Virus record (IMG/VR): IMGVR_UViG_3300028887_000078
Length of the DNA: 64,000 nucleotides
Strand: one strand, 5' to 3'
Source of the DNA: a virus
Taxonomy: Duplodnaviria > Caudoviricetes
The stretch's first letter is position 1; every line of letters begins with the position of its first letter. The position numbers were made by a program, and so were the translations under genes. The notes under the pieces are model-generated. The model worked only from the letters and a program-made list of their open reading frames with translations. It was not told the origin of the DNA and ran no database searches. Shown here in pieces: positions 48,056 to 57,624 of this stretch.

Positions 48056-49645
48056 CTATTTTTCGGGTTTGTCGTCCTTTTTCTTTTCCTCTTTCTTTTC
48101 CGATTCGGGTTCATCTTCGATGTCGAGGCTGTTCAGGAATTTGGTGATTGCCTTGTCCTCGATGGAACCGACCCGTATCCATTTGCAAAGTTTGTCGGAG
48201 TCCGCGCTTTCGATTTCAATGTCGTCGGGGTCTGTCCCCTTGAGCAGTCCAAATGTGTTTTTCGGTTTGCTTTTGACAAACATCTTTGCGGTGTCGAGAT
48301 ACAGGCGTTTGTAATCGTCGACCTTCATATTCCCGTTCAGTATGGTTTCCACTTGAATCGGGGAGAACCCGTTCCGTTTGAGGATTTCGGACACATTCGC
48401 GTTTCCGTATGCGATGTTCCTGAACTCGCCTTGCCTGCAAAGCGGTTTGATGCCCTTTTCCTCCCATTTTTCAAGCACTTCGTCCTTTTGTTTGTCGGAG
48501 AGTTTCTTTTCAAACTCCTCGCGCATTCTGTTCACGTCGTTTTCGTGGGCAGTCTGCGCGTTTTTCAACGATTCCATTGCTTTTTTGAGTTCGTCGTTTT
48601 CGTTCTCGTCTTTCTTCTCTATCTCCGTCATTTCCTCGAATGCGTCGATATAGCCGTCTATTTTCCTTATGCTGAACATTTCAAGTATGTCGAGCATATT
48701 CATATTGATTTTGATGCAGACCGCAGCCGCCCTGCTTTCCGCGGACTGTTTCACGGACTGCGCGTAGTTGGCGACCATTTCCTTCGCTTCCTGCTTTGCC
48801 ACGTTGCTAATCGTGGTGAACTGTTCCACAAGCGACTGTATTTCCTTGTCCTGACTTGCCTTGACAAGCTGTTCCACATTGCGACCCGTTTCCTGATAGA
48901 TGTTTTGGTTGTATCCCATTTTCGAGTCCCAATTCATTTGGTGGTCCATTGTCGTCTTGTACGTTTTCATCCAAGATGTGAGGCGTTTCATTTGGTTGTC
49001 GTTGAGTATGTTCTTCAGCGTGAACTTGTTCCCCTTTTCGTCATACATCGTTTCGCCTGACATTGCGGTTATCGTGTCGTTTGTTATTTGGGCGCGGAGG
49101 TTTGCCGCGAAGTCCCTCATCGCCTTCTTGTGCCCTGAAAGGTTCGCCGCAATCTGCGCGAAGAAAAGGTCTGACGCGAGGTTGAGTGTTATGAGCGCGG
49201 TCTGCAACGAGTGGCGTATGATGGCGAGGTAGTATTTGTATGCGAGGGATATGATTTTCGCATTGCGTATGGGGCGTATGAGTACCCTGTAGTTGAGTAT
49301 GTTGCTAACGACAACGTCTGTCAAAAAACTCGCGGAGGTGAGCGATGTCATAACAATCAGGTGACTTATGTCGAGTTTCGCCTTGTCTATGTGGAGTTCG
49401 AGAATGTTCTTTTTTCCAACATTCGCCTTGTGCTTCTTGTTCCATTCGTCAATCGCTTTCTCAAGGTTGTCCACGTTTTGGTTTATGTGTTTGAAAATCG
49501 CGGTGCCCGTCTTTTCGGTGCCTCCGAGCATTTTGGACACAAGGTTTCCTGTCCTGCGGTTTAGGAGCCCTTCGTCTATCCTTTCGCAGTATGTGTTTTC
49601 GGAAAGCACTTCGTTCACAAAGTCGTCAAAATTATATATTTGCAT
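48056..49645 (-). CDS. Late helical protein with MQIYNFDDFVNE leader (possible internal head protein)
   Basis: TATAAATA at 49667-49674. Confidence 0.8.
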   Translation of the reverse strand: MQIYNFDDFVNEVLSENTYCERIDEGLLNRRTGNLVSKMLGGTEKTGTAIFKHINQNVDNLEKAIDEWNKKHKANVGKKNILELHIDKAKLDISHLIVMTSLTSASFLTDVVVSNILNYRVLIRPIRNAKIISLAYKYYLAIIRHSLQTALITLNLASDLFFAQIAANLSGHKKAMRDFAANLRAQITNDTITAMSGETMYDEKGNKFTLKNILNDNQMKRLTSWMKTYKTTMDHQMNWDSKMGYNQNIYQETGRNVEQLVKASQDKEIQSLVEQFTTISNVAKQEAKEMVANYAQSVKQSAESRAAAVCIKINMNMLDILEMFSIRKIDGYIDAFEEMTEIEKKDENENDELKKAMESLKNAQTAHENDVNRMREEFEKKLSDKQKDEVLEKWEEKGIKPLCRQGEFRNIAYGNANVSEILKRNGFSPIQVETILNGNMKVDDYKRLYLDTAKMFVKSKPKNTFGLLKGTDPDDIEIESADSDKLCKWIRVGSIEDKAITKFLNSLDIEDEPESEKKEEKKKDDKPEK

Positions 49646-49684
49646 AACTGTCAGATTTCTTCACTATATTTATAAACAGTCTTA

Positions 49685-50467
49685 TCAGAACTGCAAGAAC
49701 CTCGGAGTCCAATTCAGGGAAAGACCGACCCCTACATAGGGTGACATTTTCACGCCTGCGTTTGTGAACGCCGCTCCGTATCCGACCTGTATGCCGAGTC
49801 CGAGACCGAACTGTTTTCTGCTCTTGTATTCATATTTGTCATCCGAAACGAGTATCGCGGTTCCGCTGTTGAACGTGCAGGACGGATAGTCGGTCTTTAA
49901 CCGCAGGTAGGTGTAACCCTTCTTGTCCCTGTACAGGTCGCTTTCAATCCAAATGTTTTGGTTGATTACGACCTCGCTCTCTCCGTCGGCGTTGAGCATA
50001 CCGCTTTCACAGTCCACATAGTACGAGGTTGTTATGCTCGTCTCCCTCCAAGATTTTCCGAACACGCTCTTTTCGCTTGAAACTATGACGCCTTTGTCAG
50101 ACCAAGGGTATTCGTTGAGGTACGTCGTGTCGTGTATGACCACTGTCGGAGCGGTGAAAGTGTCGTTCACGGAAGTCACATATTTGATGATGGTGACAGG
50201 TGTTTTCCCGCGTTCGAGTTTCAGACTGTCCGCGAGTTCGTCCACTCTCAACTGCAAGGCACGCATAGTGGCGATGTTCCATCCGTTCTCGCGGTAGTTC
50301 TTCAGCGTGTCGTTTGCTGCAAGAAGGTTGTTCTCAAGTCTTGTTTTCTCGCTTTTGTATTCCTGTATGGACTTGCACTGCCTGAATGTGACGAGCGCCA
50401 TCACAACGCAGATTGTCAGTAGAATCCACTTCAGGTTCTTGGAGATAAATTCAAATGCCTTTTTCAT
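49685..50467 (-). CDS. Spanin-like membrane protein
   Basis: N-terminal TM helix, coiled coil, C-terminal Gly-rich amphipathic beta strands ending in Phe; start MKKAF at 50467. Confidence 0.55.
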   Translation of the reverse strand: MKKAFEFISKNLKWILLTICVVMALVTFRQCKSIQEYKSEKTRLENNLLAANDTLKNYRENGWNIATMRALQLRVDELADSLKLERGKTPVTIIKYVTSVNDTFTAPTVVIHDTTYLNEYPWSDKGVIVSSEKSVFGKSWRETSITTSYYVDCESGMLNADGESEVVINQNIWIESDLYRDKKGYTYLRLKTDYPSCTFNSGTAILVSDDKYEYKSRKQFGLGLGIQVGYGAAFTNAGVKMSPYVGVGLSLNWTPRFLQF

Positions 50468-50468
50468 A

Positions 50469-50723
50469 TTAAGTGTCTTTTTTGTTTGTTGATATATCGG
50501 TGATATATTTGAGAAATTCGTTGTAGTCAACGTTTCCGTATCGTTCCTTGATGCCGCTTATGAAACTGTTTTCACGTTCCGTCAGTTTTTCAAGTTCGGA
50601 AATGAGTTGGGCGTGCCGTGATTTGAACTCCTCCATTTTTTTCATTATGTCATTGAGTTCGCAGTCTATTTCGGAGTACTTGTGCACTATTTCGCGGAGT
50701 TCCGCAATTTCTTTTTCCGTCAT
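50469..50723 (-). CDS. Small coiled-coil hypothetical protein
   Basis: Heptad pattern. Confidence 0.8.
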   Translation of the reverse strand: MTEKEIAELREIVHKYSEIDCELNDIMKKMEEFKSRHAQLISELEKLTERENSFISGIKERYGNVDYNEFLKYITDISTNKKDT

Positions 50724-50741
50724 TTCGCGTGTTTTTAATTG

Positions 50742-53700
50742 TTATCCTATAGGTTCTGGTGCGACGTCCAGGTATTCGTTATTTTGCGAGTCGTACACGT
50801 CTTCTGTTGTAGCATCATCATCTATGATTGAACGGTATTGCATCCCGTAAAATTCGTCATCGAGGTTCGGTGTTATGACATAACTGTAATTCAATGACAT
50901 ACTTGTATAGAGTCCGATTACGGGACGAAAACATCTGTTGGGAGTGATGATGTTAGTGTTCAGGAAACCGTTATACGAAGTGTTTTTATAATATTCCGTG
51001 TTTCCGAAGTCTGTCAGAATTTGTGGATAAAAGTATGTGTATTTTGTATTCAACGGTGTTGTTTTTATGAATTTGTCCTCGTTCCAAGCAAAATTACTCG
51101 ACGGCATACTCATACGGGGGTCGGTTGCAATGTTTGAATGACATTTGCTGTTTTTGTCCGTTATGACAGGACCATAGCGTTTTCCGAACCTTTCGTGCAA
51201 AGCACCCCTTGTTCCTGTTGAGTTTGACGAGTTTTCATTTGTCCCGAAATTACCATAGACGATTGATGTTTTCCCGTCTGTTAAGATGTCTCCCACGGTT
51301 ATGTTTCCGCTTTTGCAAGTCGTACCAGAATCGTCTATTTTCGTATATTCGCCGCCGCCTCCAATTTTGTAATATCCGCTGACACCTTCCGTGCCGACGT
51401 TTCCGTTTCCGTATATTGAAGAGACACGGGAAGAGTTTATTGATATTGGTATTGTGAATATAGTTATGGGTTGGTTTTCCATATTGTTTTCGCCGTCTGT
51501 CCAATTAACATATATTTTTTTGTATATGATTTTGTATATGGAGGGAATATCCGCGCTCCCGCATTGATACACCTCGTCCGGGCGGTTTGAGTTGCACATC
51601 ATTTTTGCAAGAGTTTTATTGTACGGGGTGAAATTATAATTACCACCTGATTGTGTAATCTGATACCAAGTTGTCAGCATAGGGTCTTGCAAGGGGTTTG
51701 GTAAATAACCCGTGTAATCAGGAGTTTGGCTGTTTACCGACCATTTGTTGTAACCGAACATATAGTCGCTTATATAATACAGTTGCTTGTCGTTGTTGTT
51801 GTATGCGTACCATTCCGCCCGTAAGTTCACATTGACAACATTTCCTGCCTTTTGCCATACTTGGTTGACAACGAAAAACAAGGAGTCCTCTTTTTCTGTG
51901 TCCCTCATACTATCAAGTAGTTGGAAATTTTTTTTGGTTGTGCTGAATGTCCCGTTTTCGTATTTTATCTGAAAGACCTCCGTCATAGTTCCTGAAAGAA
52001 GTTGGTGTTCACAGCATTGCGACGCGTCAAGAACGATAGGGGATGTGTGTTTTATGACGTTTATGCCAGATAACTGCAATGTTGAATTGCGGGGCGTTAG
52101 AGTATATGGGAATGTATTGCTATAATTTCCGTTCGCAAATCTTCCGTATGTCCCTTTCCTGTAGTTGGCATTTGAGTCAATCACAATTCTGTTTGCGTGG
52201 ATTGCCACGTTGTTTGTGTCGAAAAATTCGACGCCGCTTGGGTTTGTTGAGGTGAGATTGTCATATTCTTTGTCGGCGGAGTAAACATCCGTTCTCTGAA
52301 TATCTGTATGGTATATCGGGTTTATTCCGATTATGACATTTCCCATTCTTCTGATGTCCGCAATGTAAGTATGTGCGTTAGTTACAAAATCCATTATATG
52401 TGCATCTTCAACAGACGCACCACCTGTGATGAACACTGTTCCGCCCACACTTTCCATAGTATCGACGGAATTGTTTGCACGTCCGCCGGTAATCACTATA
52501 TCCTTTCCTGAACCATAGGTTTTGCTTGAGTAGTCGGCACCGCTTATGCAAAGCGTGTTTCCGATTGCCTTTGTGTGGACGGTCGAGTTGTTTTTCGCTT
52601 TTATGTCTATGTATTTGTCGATTGAAATCGCCACAAGTCTTGCATACGCCGACGCGTTTGGCGTCAGTGTGTACGGAGTTGCGCTGTCGTCTATGACTAT
52701 ATGTTCGGACACGGTTTGCGATTGTATCGTTGATTTTGTAACAAGAGTTATGTGCGGGGCGTTTTTTGTATTTTCGTTTCCGACATATATTCCGAAATGT
52801 GTTTGGTTGCTGTTTATAAAATGTTCCGCTGCATTTGCCGATTGTATCCCGAAGGAAACACCCCTTGACGAAAGTGCAAACACAGGGAAGTTTGTCTGCG
52901 AAGTCTGCACGTTGAACCTTAAAAAGTCATTGGTTCCATAGTTGCTGTCTATGAAATTCACAACCGCCCCCTGTTTGACATAAATGTCGCCAATCCTGCA
53001 ATTCGGACTGCCTATGTCGAGAGTTTCTGTCGGATAAAGTTCGTGGTTTGCCGTTCCGATTCTCCATTTATATTCATTTGTCACGTTGCCCGCTTCGTCC
53101 GTTGTGACGATTGCCGTTCCGCCTGTTGCCACCGGCATACTGTTGCGAGTGCTCAATGTTATGGCGCCGCCGCCAACCTGCACATATTCGTTTCCGCAAC
53201 ACATTCTCACAACGCCGTCGTCGCGACCCTCCAATTTCAGTATCGGGGTGTCAGGAAGCGGCTGCTCATAGTCTATGTATAGGTTTCCGTCGGCGTAGTC
53301 ATTGGAATATGAAGTTGGCATTGCCTTTTTACCATATAGGGAGATGTGGTATTTTATATAATTTTCCTCGAAATTCTTTCCCGATATGACCAATGCACTG
53401 CCGCTTATACTGTCCAAACGCCTTGTTTGGAGGTCTGCGTTTTCCGTGTCGGTGTTCCCCAATCCGAACACGATTTGGTTGTCGCTATAATTCACCCTCG
53501 GAACTATTGTTCTGTACTCCGTGTTTGTGAACGGGGACTCCGCATACTCATTTATGTCCATAGCGGGTTCCCAATAGTTTTCGCTTCCATCGTTCAACAC
53601 TATGTAGAACACGCCGCCGTACAATGTCATATCGCCTGTGTTGTAGTTTGCTGCGGGATGTTCATCTGGGTCTGGGTTGAAATTATAGATTCTCGAACCG

Positions 53701-53879
53701 CGTTCGCCGCCAATGCCCTGTTCGCCCTGTGTGCCGATTGGACCGCGTATGCCCTGTATGCCCTGTATGCCTGCTGGACCGCCGCCCTTCAGCGACAGCA
53801 AGTCAAAATTGTAGTTGATTTTGTCAACCATCGACGAAACGGTGTCGCCTGCGCTTATGTCTTTTATCGGAATGCTCAT
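50742..53879 (-). CDS. Large tail fibre/baseplate-associated structural protein
   Basis: KINYNF N-terminus, short collagen-like stretch, N/T/G-rich body; late promoter at 53907-53914. Confidence 0.75.
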   Translation of the reverse strand: MSIPIKDISAGDTVSSMVDKINYNFDLLSLKGGGPAGIQGIQGIRGPIGTQGEQGIGGERGSRIYNFNPDPDEHPAANYNTGDMTLYGGVFYIVLNDGSENYWEPAMDINEYAESPFTNTEYRTIVPRVNYSDNQIVFGLGNTDTENADLQTRRLDSISGSALVISGKNFEENYIKYHISLYGKKAMPTSYSNDYADGNLYIDYEQPLPDTPILKLEGRDDGVVRMCCGNEYVQVGGGAITLSTRNSMPVATGGTAIVTTDEAGNVTNEYKWRIGTANHELYPTETLDIGSPNCRIGDIYVKQGAVVNFIDSNYGTNDFLRFNVQTSQTNFPVFALSSRGVSFGIQSANAAEHFINSNQTHFGIYVGNENTKNAPHITLVTKSTIQSQTVSEHIVIDDSATPYTLTPNASAYARLVAISIDKYIDIKAKNNSTVHTKAIGNTLCISGADYSSKTYGSGKDIVITGGRANNSVDTMESVGGTVFITGGASVEDAHIMDFVTNAHTYIADIRRMGNVIIGINPIYHTDIQRTDVYSADKEYDNLTSTNPSGVEFFDTNNVAIHANRIVIDSNANYRKGTYGRFANGNYSNTFPYTLTPRNSTLQLSGINVIKHTSPIVLDASQCCEHQLLSGTMTEVFQIKYENGTFSTTKKNFQLLDSMRDTEKEDSLFFVVNQVWQKAGNVVNVNLRAEWYAYNNNDKQLYYISDYMFGYNKWSVNSQTPDYTGYLPNPLQDPMLTTWYQITQSGGNYNFTPYNKTLAKMMCNSNRPDEVYQCGSADIPSIYKIIYKKIYVNWTDGENNMENQPITIFTIPISINSSRVSSIYGNGNVGTEGVSGYYKIGGGGEYTKIDDSGTTCKSGNITVGDILTDGKTSIVYGNFGTNENSSNSTGTRGALHERFGKRYGPVITDKNSKCHSNIATDPRMSMPSSNFAWNEDKFIKTTPLNTKYTYFYPQILTDFGNTEYYKNTSYNGFLNTNIITPNRCFRPVIGLYTSMSLNYSYVITPNLDDEFYGMQYRSIIDDDATTEDVYDSQNNEYLDVAPEPIG

Positions 53880-53916
53880 ATACTTATAAATATATAGAAT
53901 ACTTTGTATTTATACA

Positions 53917-54108
53917 ATGAGTTGCAACTGCCGAAAATCAATAACCGTTAGAAACCTTGTGACTGCGGAAAGCGGGAAGGGTGGCGCCAATGCGTCCAAT
54001 GCCGACGTCAACGAGAAAACCGACAGGAAGACGAAGTTGAAGATACTTCGTGAAATGTGGGAGGAGGCAAAACGCAAAAAAAGCAATTCTGAAAAAAAAT
54101 CGGATTGA
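53917..54108 (+). CDS. Small late protein (MSCNCRK)
   Basis: TATAAATA at 53885. Confidence 0.7.
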   Translation: MSCNCRKSITVRNLVTAESGKGGANASNADVNEKTDRKTKLKILREMWEEAKRKKSNSEKKSD

Positions 54109-54169
54109 TTTTGTATTTTTTCATTATATTCAATAAAAGGAAAAAACATCAACCTAAAACAAAAAGAAA

Positions 54170-56173
54170 ATGAATTTACCGCAAGAGGAACAGATTCCTG
54201 TGTACGAGGAAGACAACCGCAAGAGAGGTGGCGGAACCCTAAAGGCAGAATTTTGCAACAGACTTATCGGCGAACGCGCCGTGAATATGGACGAATATGC
54301 GCGCCGTATGTTCGACTCGCTTGGCGTCAAAAACCACGGGGTGTTCATCACAGGAGGCAGAGGTGTCGGCAAGACCGCGCTTGTCAAGCATTTCCAATAT
54401 CTCATTTCAAACTACAGGTGCCCTTCCATTTATTATGGCGGCGAAGTGTTTGAAATGGATATGTACAAACTGTCGTCGCAAATCAAGTCGCTTGCTGAAT
54501 ACGAGGAGCGCATTATGCGTATGTTCGCTTCGATTGGAACCAACACGACAAAGGACAAACCCCTGTTCCTGTTCATCGACAGCGTGAACCTGTTCGTGTC
54601 GAAAAACAACATCAACCTTATGACTTCGCTCTATCTTGAGAACGCGGTGAAGGCGGGCATCCGTGTAATCTGCTGTTGCAACCTCAACGAGCGCAAGCAA
54701 CTCGAAAGCGAATACGACCTTTTCCGCCATTTCACTGAAATCCGCATCAAGGAACCGAGCGCGGAGGAAACGAAACAGATACTTCGTGAGAAAACGGAGG
54801 AAATCTGCAAACGCTACAACCTTTCCGTTTCCGAATCAATCACGGACAGAATCGTCACGTTGTCCGACAAATACATCAAGAGCGACTTCCTTATGCCGAA
54901 GAAGGCAATCAATGTGTTCGAGTATGCCGCGGCAAAGCACAACAACGACCTGTGTATGCCCTGTGACGATGTGATTGGGAAAATAGACAGTACCGTGAAA
55001 CTCCGCGCTGAACTGAACGATATGGCGAAATCGCTCAACAAGAACGGTTCCGATATGAATGATTTAATCCGCAAGTACACGGAACTGACGGACACCGAGT
55101 CGCTCATCAGAAACAACAACCGCACAATCGGGCGTGAGGACAGGGTGCTGACAGAGAACGACGTGTTCTCGGCAATCAGCGACATCGCAGGCGTGCCTGT
55201 CGCAAAAATGACGGAGAGTGACACTTCCAAACTGAAGAATATGGAAGGCGAAATCGAGTCAAAAGTCATCGGTCAGGACAACACGGTTGCAAAAGTCTGC
55301 AAGACCATCAAGAGAAACAGACTCGGTTTGAGAAAGAAAAACCACACCATCGGCAACTTCCTGTTTCTCGGTTCCACGGGTGTCGGCAAGACGTTCCTTG
55401 CCAAGAAAATCTCCGAGTATATGTTCGGTTCGGAGGAGGCGATGACACGGTTGGATATGAGCGAATACACGGACGAGATTTCGGTCAACAAACTGATTGG
55501 TGCGCCTCCGGGTTATGTGGGATACGGTGAAGGCGGCGTCCTTTGCAACGCAATCAAGAACAATCCCTATTCCGTCATTCTTTTTGATGAAATCGAAAAG
55601 GCGCACCCGACCATCTACAACACCATCCTGCAACTGATGGACGAGGGTCGCATCACGGACGCCAACGGAAACCGCATCTCCGCCACCAACAACATTGTCA
55701 TTATGACAAGCAACATCGGTGTCAAGGAAGCGCAGAACGCGGCGAAAGTTGTCGGTTTCTCCGCAAGCAGGGAAGTGAAGGAGCAAAAGGACAGTGAGAA
55801 CCGAAAGGACATCATCGGCAAGTCTATGCGACGACTCTTCTCACCGGAGTTCCTCAACCGCATCGACGGGGTGTGCTACTTCAACGACCTCAACAGCGAC
55901 AACCTCTCCCTCATTTTCGACAACGAAATCAAGGAAGTCGCGGAATCGGTGTCCGAACTCGGATATATCCTTGATATATCGCAGGATGTTAAAGATTGGA
56001 TTGTGAAGAAATCCGAAACCGAGAAACTCGGAGCAAGACCGCTCATCCGTTTTATCCAACAGGACATCGTGGACGAGGTGACTGAACTCATCATCAACGA
56101 GGAGGTCGGCGAGGACAAGACCATTGCCGTGAGATATGACAAGGAGAATGACAAACTCACGTTCGGTGAGTGA
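54170..56173 (+). CDS. Clp/Hsp100 AAA+ ATPase (ClpB/ClpC-like, no N-domain)
   Basis: Walker A GGRGVGKT and GSTGVGKT, DMSEY, GAPPGYVGY, LFDEIEKAHP, FSPEFLNRID, GARPL. Confidence 0.93.
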   Translation: MNLPQEEQIPVYEEDNRKRGGGTLKAEFCNRLIGERAVNMDEYARRMFDSLGVKNHGVFITGGRGVGKTALVKHFQYLISNYRCPSIYYGGEVFEMDMYKLSSQIKSLAEYEERIMRMFASIGTNTTKDKPLFLFIDSVNLFVSKNNINLMTSLYLENAVKAGIRVICCCNLNERKQLESEYDLFRHFTEIRIKEPSAEETKQILREKTEEICKRYNLSVSESITDRIVTLSDKYIKSDFLMPKKAINVFEYAAAKHNNDLCMPCDDVIGKIDSTVKLRAELNDMAKSLNKNGSDMNDLIRKYTELTDTESLIRNNNRTIGREDRVLTENDVFSAISDIAGVPVAKMTESDTSKLKNMEGEIESKVIGQDNTVAKVCKTIKRNRLGLRKKNHTIGNFLFLGSTGVGKTFLAKKISEYMFGSEEAMTRLDMSEYTDEISVNKLIGAPPGYVGYGEGGVLCNAIKNNPYSVILFDEIEKAHPTIYNTILQLMDEGRITDANGNRISATNNIVIMTSNIGVKEAQNAAKVVGFSASREVKEQKDSENRKDIIGKSMRRLFSPEFLNRIDGVCYFNDLNSDNLSLIFDNEIKEVAESVSELGYILDISQDVKDWIVKKSETEKLGARPLIRFIQQDIVDEVTELIINEEVGEDKTIAVRYDKENDKLTFGE

Positions 56174-56200
56174 TTTGATTTTTTCCTGTTTTTGAATTTC

Positions 56201-56227
56201 CCCTGACTAAAAAGTCAGGGTTTTTTT
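56201..56227 (+). terminator. Intrinsic terminator
   Basis: CCCTGACT-AAAA-AGTCAGGG followed by T run. Confidence 0.85.
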
Positions 56228-56262
56228 GTTATATTCTTTATAAATAGATAGGTAATACATAA

Positions 56263-57624
56263 ATGTCATCTATGGAAATAAATGAAGTGATAACTAAAAA
56301 TGATTTGTTCACATTTCTAACAACAAGAAAAAAATATTCTAACTCATACTTTATAGAATCATATTTCAAAAAAATATTCAAGACACATTATGAAAACATT
56401 TTGAATTTTCACAACAAGTATTATGATTTTGATATTCCGTTTAATCAGAAACTATACAATTATCTTTATGATATAACAAAATTACCGTGTTGCTTGAATT
56501 GTGGTAAAAACACAAAATATGTATCATTTTCTTATGGATATGGAACGTATTGTTCAACACAATGTTCTTTGCATAGTGATGTGCGTGCAGAGGTTATTGG
56601 AAACAGTCATAGAAATAAATCAAAAGAAGATGTTGAAATTGCAATTAGAAAAAGGGAAGCGACGTGTTTGGAAAAATACAATGTGACGTATGTCAGTAAA
56701 TGTGAAGCGGTAAAACAAAAAATGAAAGATACGGTAAGTAAAAAAACAGATGAAGATAAAAAACTCACGAAAGAAAAAGTAAGAAATACTTGGAAGAATA
56801 AGTCAAAAGAAGAAAAAGATGAAATTGTAAGAAAACGAAATGAAACCAATTCAAATAAGTCAAAAGAAGAAAAAGATGAGATACATAAAAAATCCGTTCT
56901 TACAAGAATTAAACATTGTGGATGTATTGAGGAATCATACAGACTTGGAATAGAGAAGGGAAAGGTTACAAATAATGAAAAGTATGGTGTTGATAATCCA
57001 TTTCAGTTGCAGAAAGTGATAGATGCCACAAAAGAAAAATGGAACAAATACAGAAACGAGAATTTCACAGATGTTATTGAATACATAAAAGAAACAGATA
57101 CATATATTTGTAAATGTGTTGATGATACCTGTAATTTGTGCGATATAAAAAAATTTTCCATATCTACACATAATTATCTTAATAGAAAACGGTATGGTTA
57201 TTCGCAAGAAGATATGTGTGTCATAAAAAATCCAATCGGTGAATACCGAGGAAAATCAAAAACACAAGATGAGATTTATGATTTTGTAAAAAGTATATAC
57301 AAAGATAGCATTATCTATAATGATAAAAATGCTTTGAAAAATGCAAATGAAAGAAAAATAGAATTGGATATATTTTTTCCTTCAATCAATTTGGCAATAG
57401 AAGTCAATGGCGATTATTGGCACGCAAATCCGAAATTTTATTTGGATAATGATGTGAATAAAACATTAGGGTTAACTGCAAAAGAAATATGGGAACGAGA
57501 CGAACAAAAAAGAATAATGTGCAAACAATGTGGAATCAATTTGTATGTTATATGGGAAGATGAATGGAAACATAGCAGATTGGAGACACAAGAAAGAATA
57601 AAGAAAATGTTGAATGTTATATGA
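56263..57624 (+). CDS. Free-standing endonuclease (EKYG repeats plus Vsr/DUF559-like domain), putative homing endonuclease
   Basis: ELDIF..AIEVNGDYWH..IWE; strongly AT-rich; N-terminus resembles 4662..6422. Confidence 0.8.
   Translation: MSSMEINEVITKNDLFTFLTTRKKYSNSYFIESYFKKIFKTHYENILNFHNKYYDFDIPFNQKLYNYLYDITKLPCCLNCGKNTKYVSFSYGYGTYCSTQCSLHSDVRAEVIGNSHRNKSKEDVEIAIRKREATCLEKYNVTYVSKCEAVKQKMKDTVSKKTDEDKKLTKEKVRNTWKNKSKEEKDEIVRKRNETNSNKSKEEKDEIHKKSVLTRIKHCGCIEESYRLGIEKGKVTNNEKYGVDNPFQLQKVIDATKEKWNKYRNENFTDVIEYIKETDTYICKCVDDTCNLCDIKKFSISTHNYLNRKRYGYSQEDMCVIKNPIGEYRGKSKTQDEIYDFVKSIYKDSIIYNDKNALKNANERKIELDIFFPSINLAIEVNGDYWHANPKFYLDNDVNKTLGLTAKEIWERDEQKRIMCKQCGINLYVIWEDEWKHSRLETQERIKKMLNVI

Noticed and set aside
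47192-49060. 622-aa plus-strand ORF and other long antisense ORFs (e.g. 8733..9632, 38335..39225)
   Set aside because: These are shadows of well-supported opposite-strand genes, with no motifs or promoter support.
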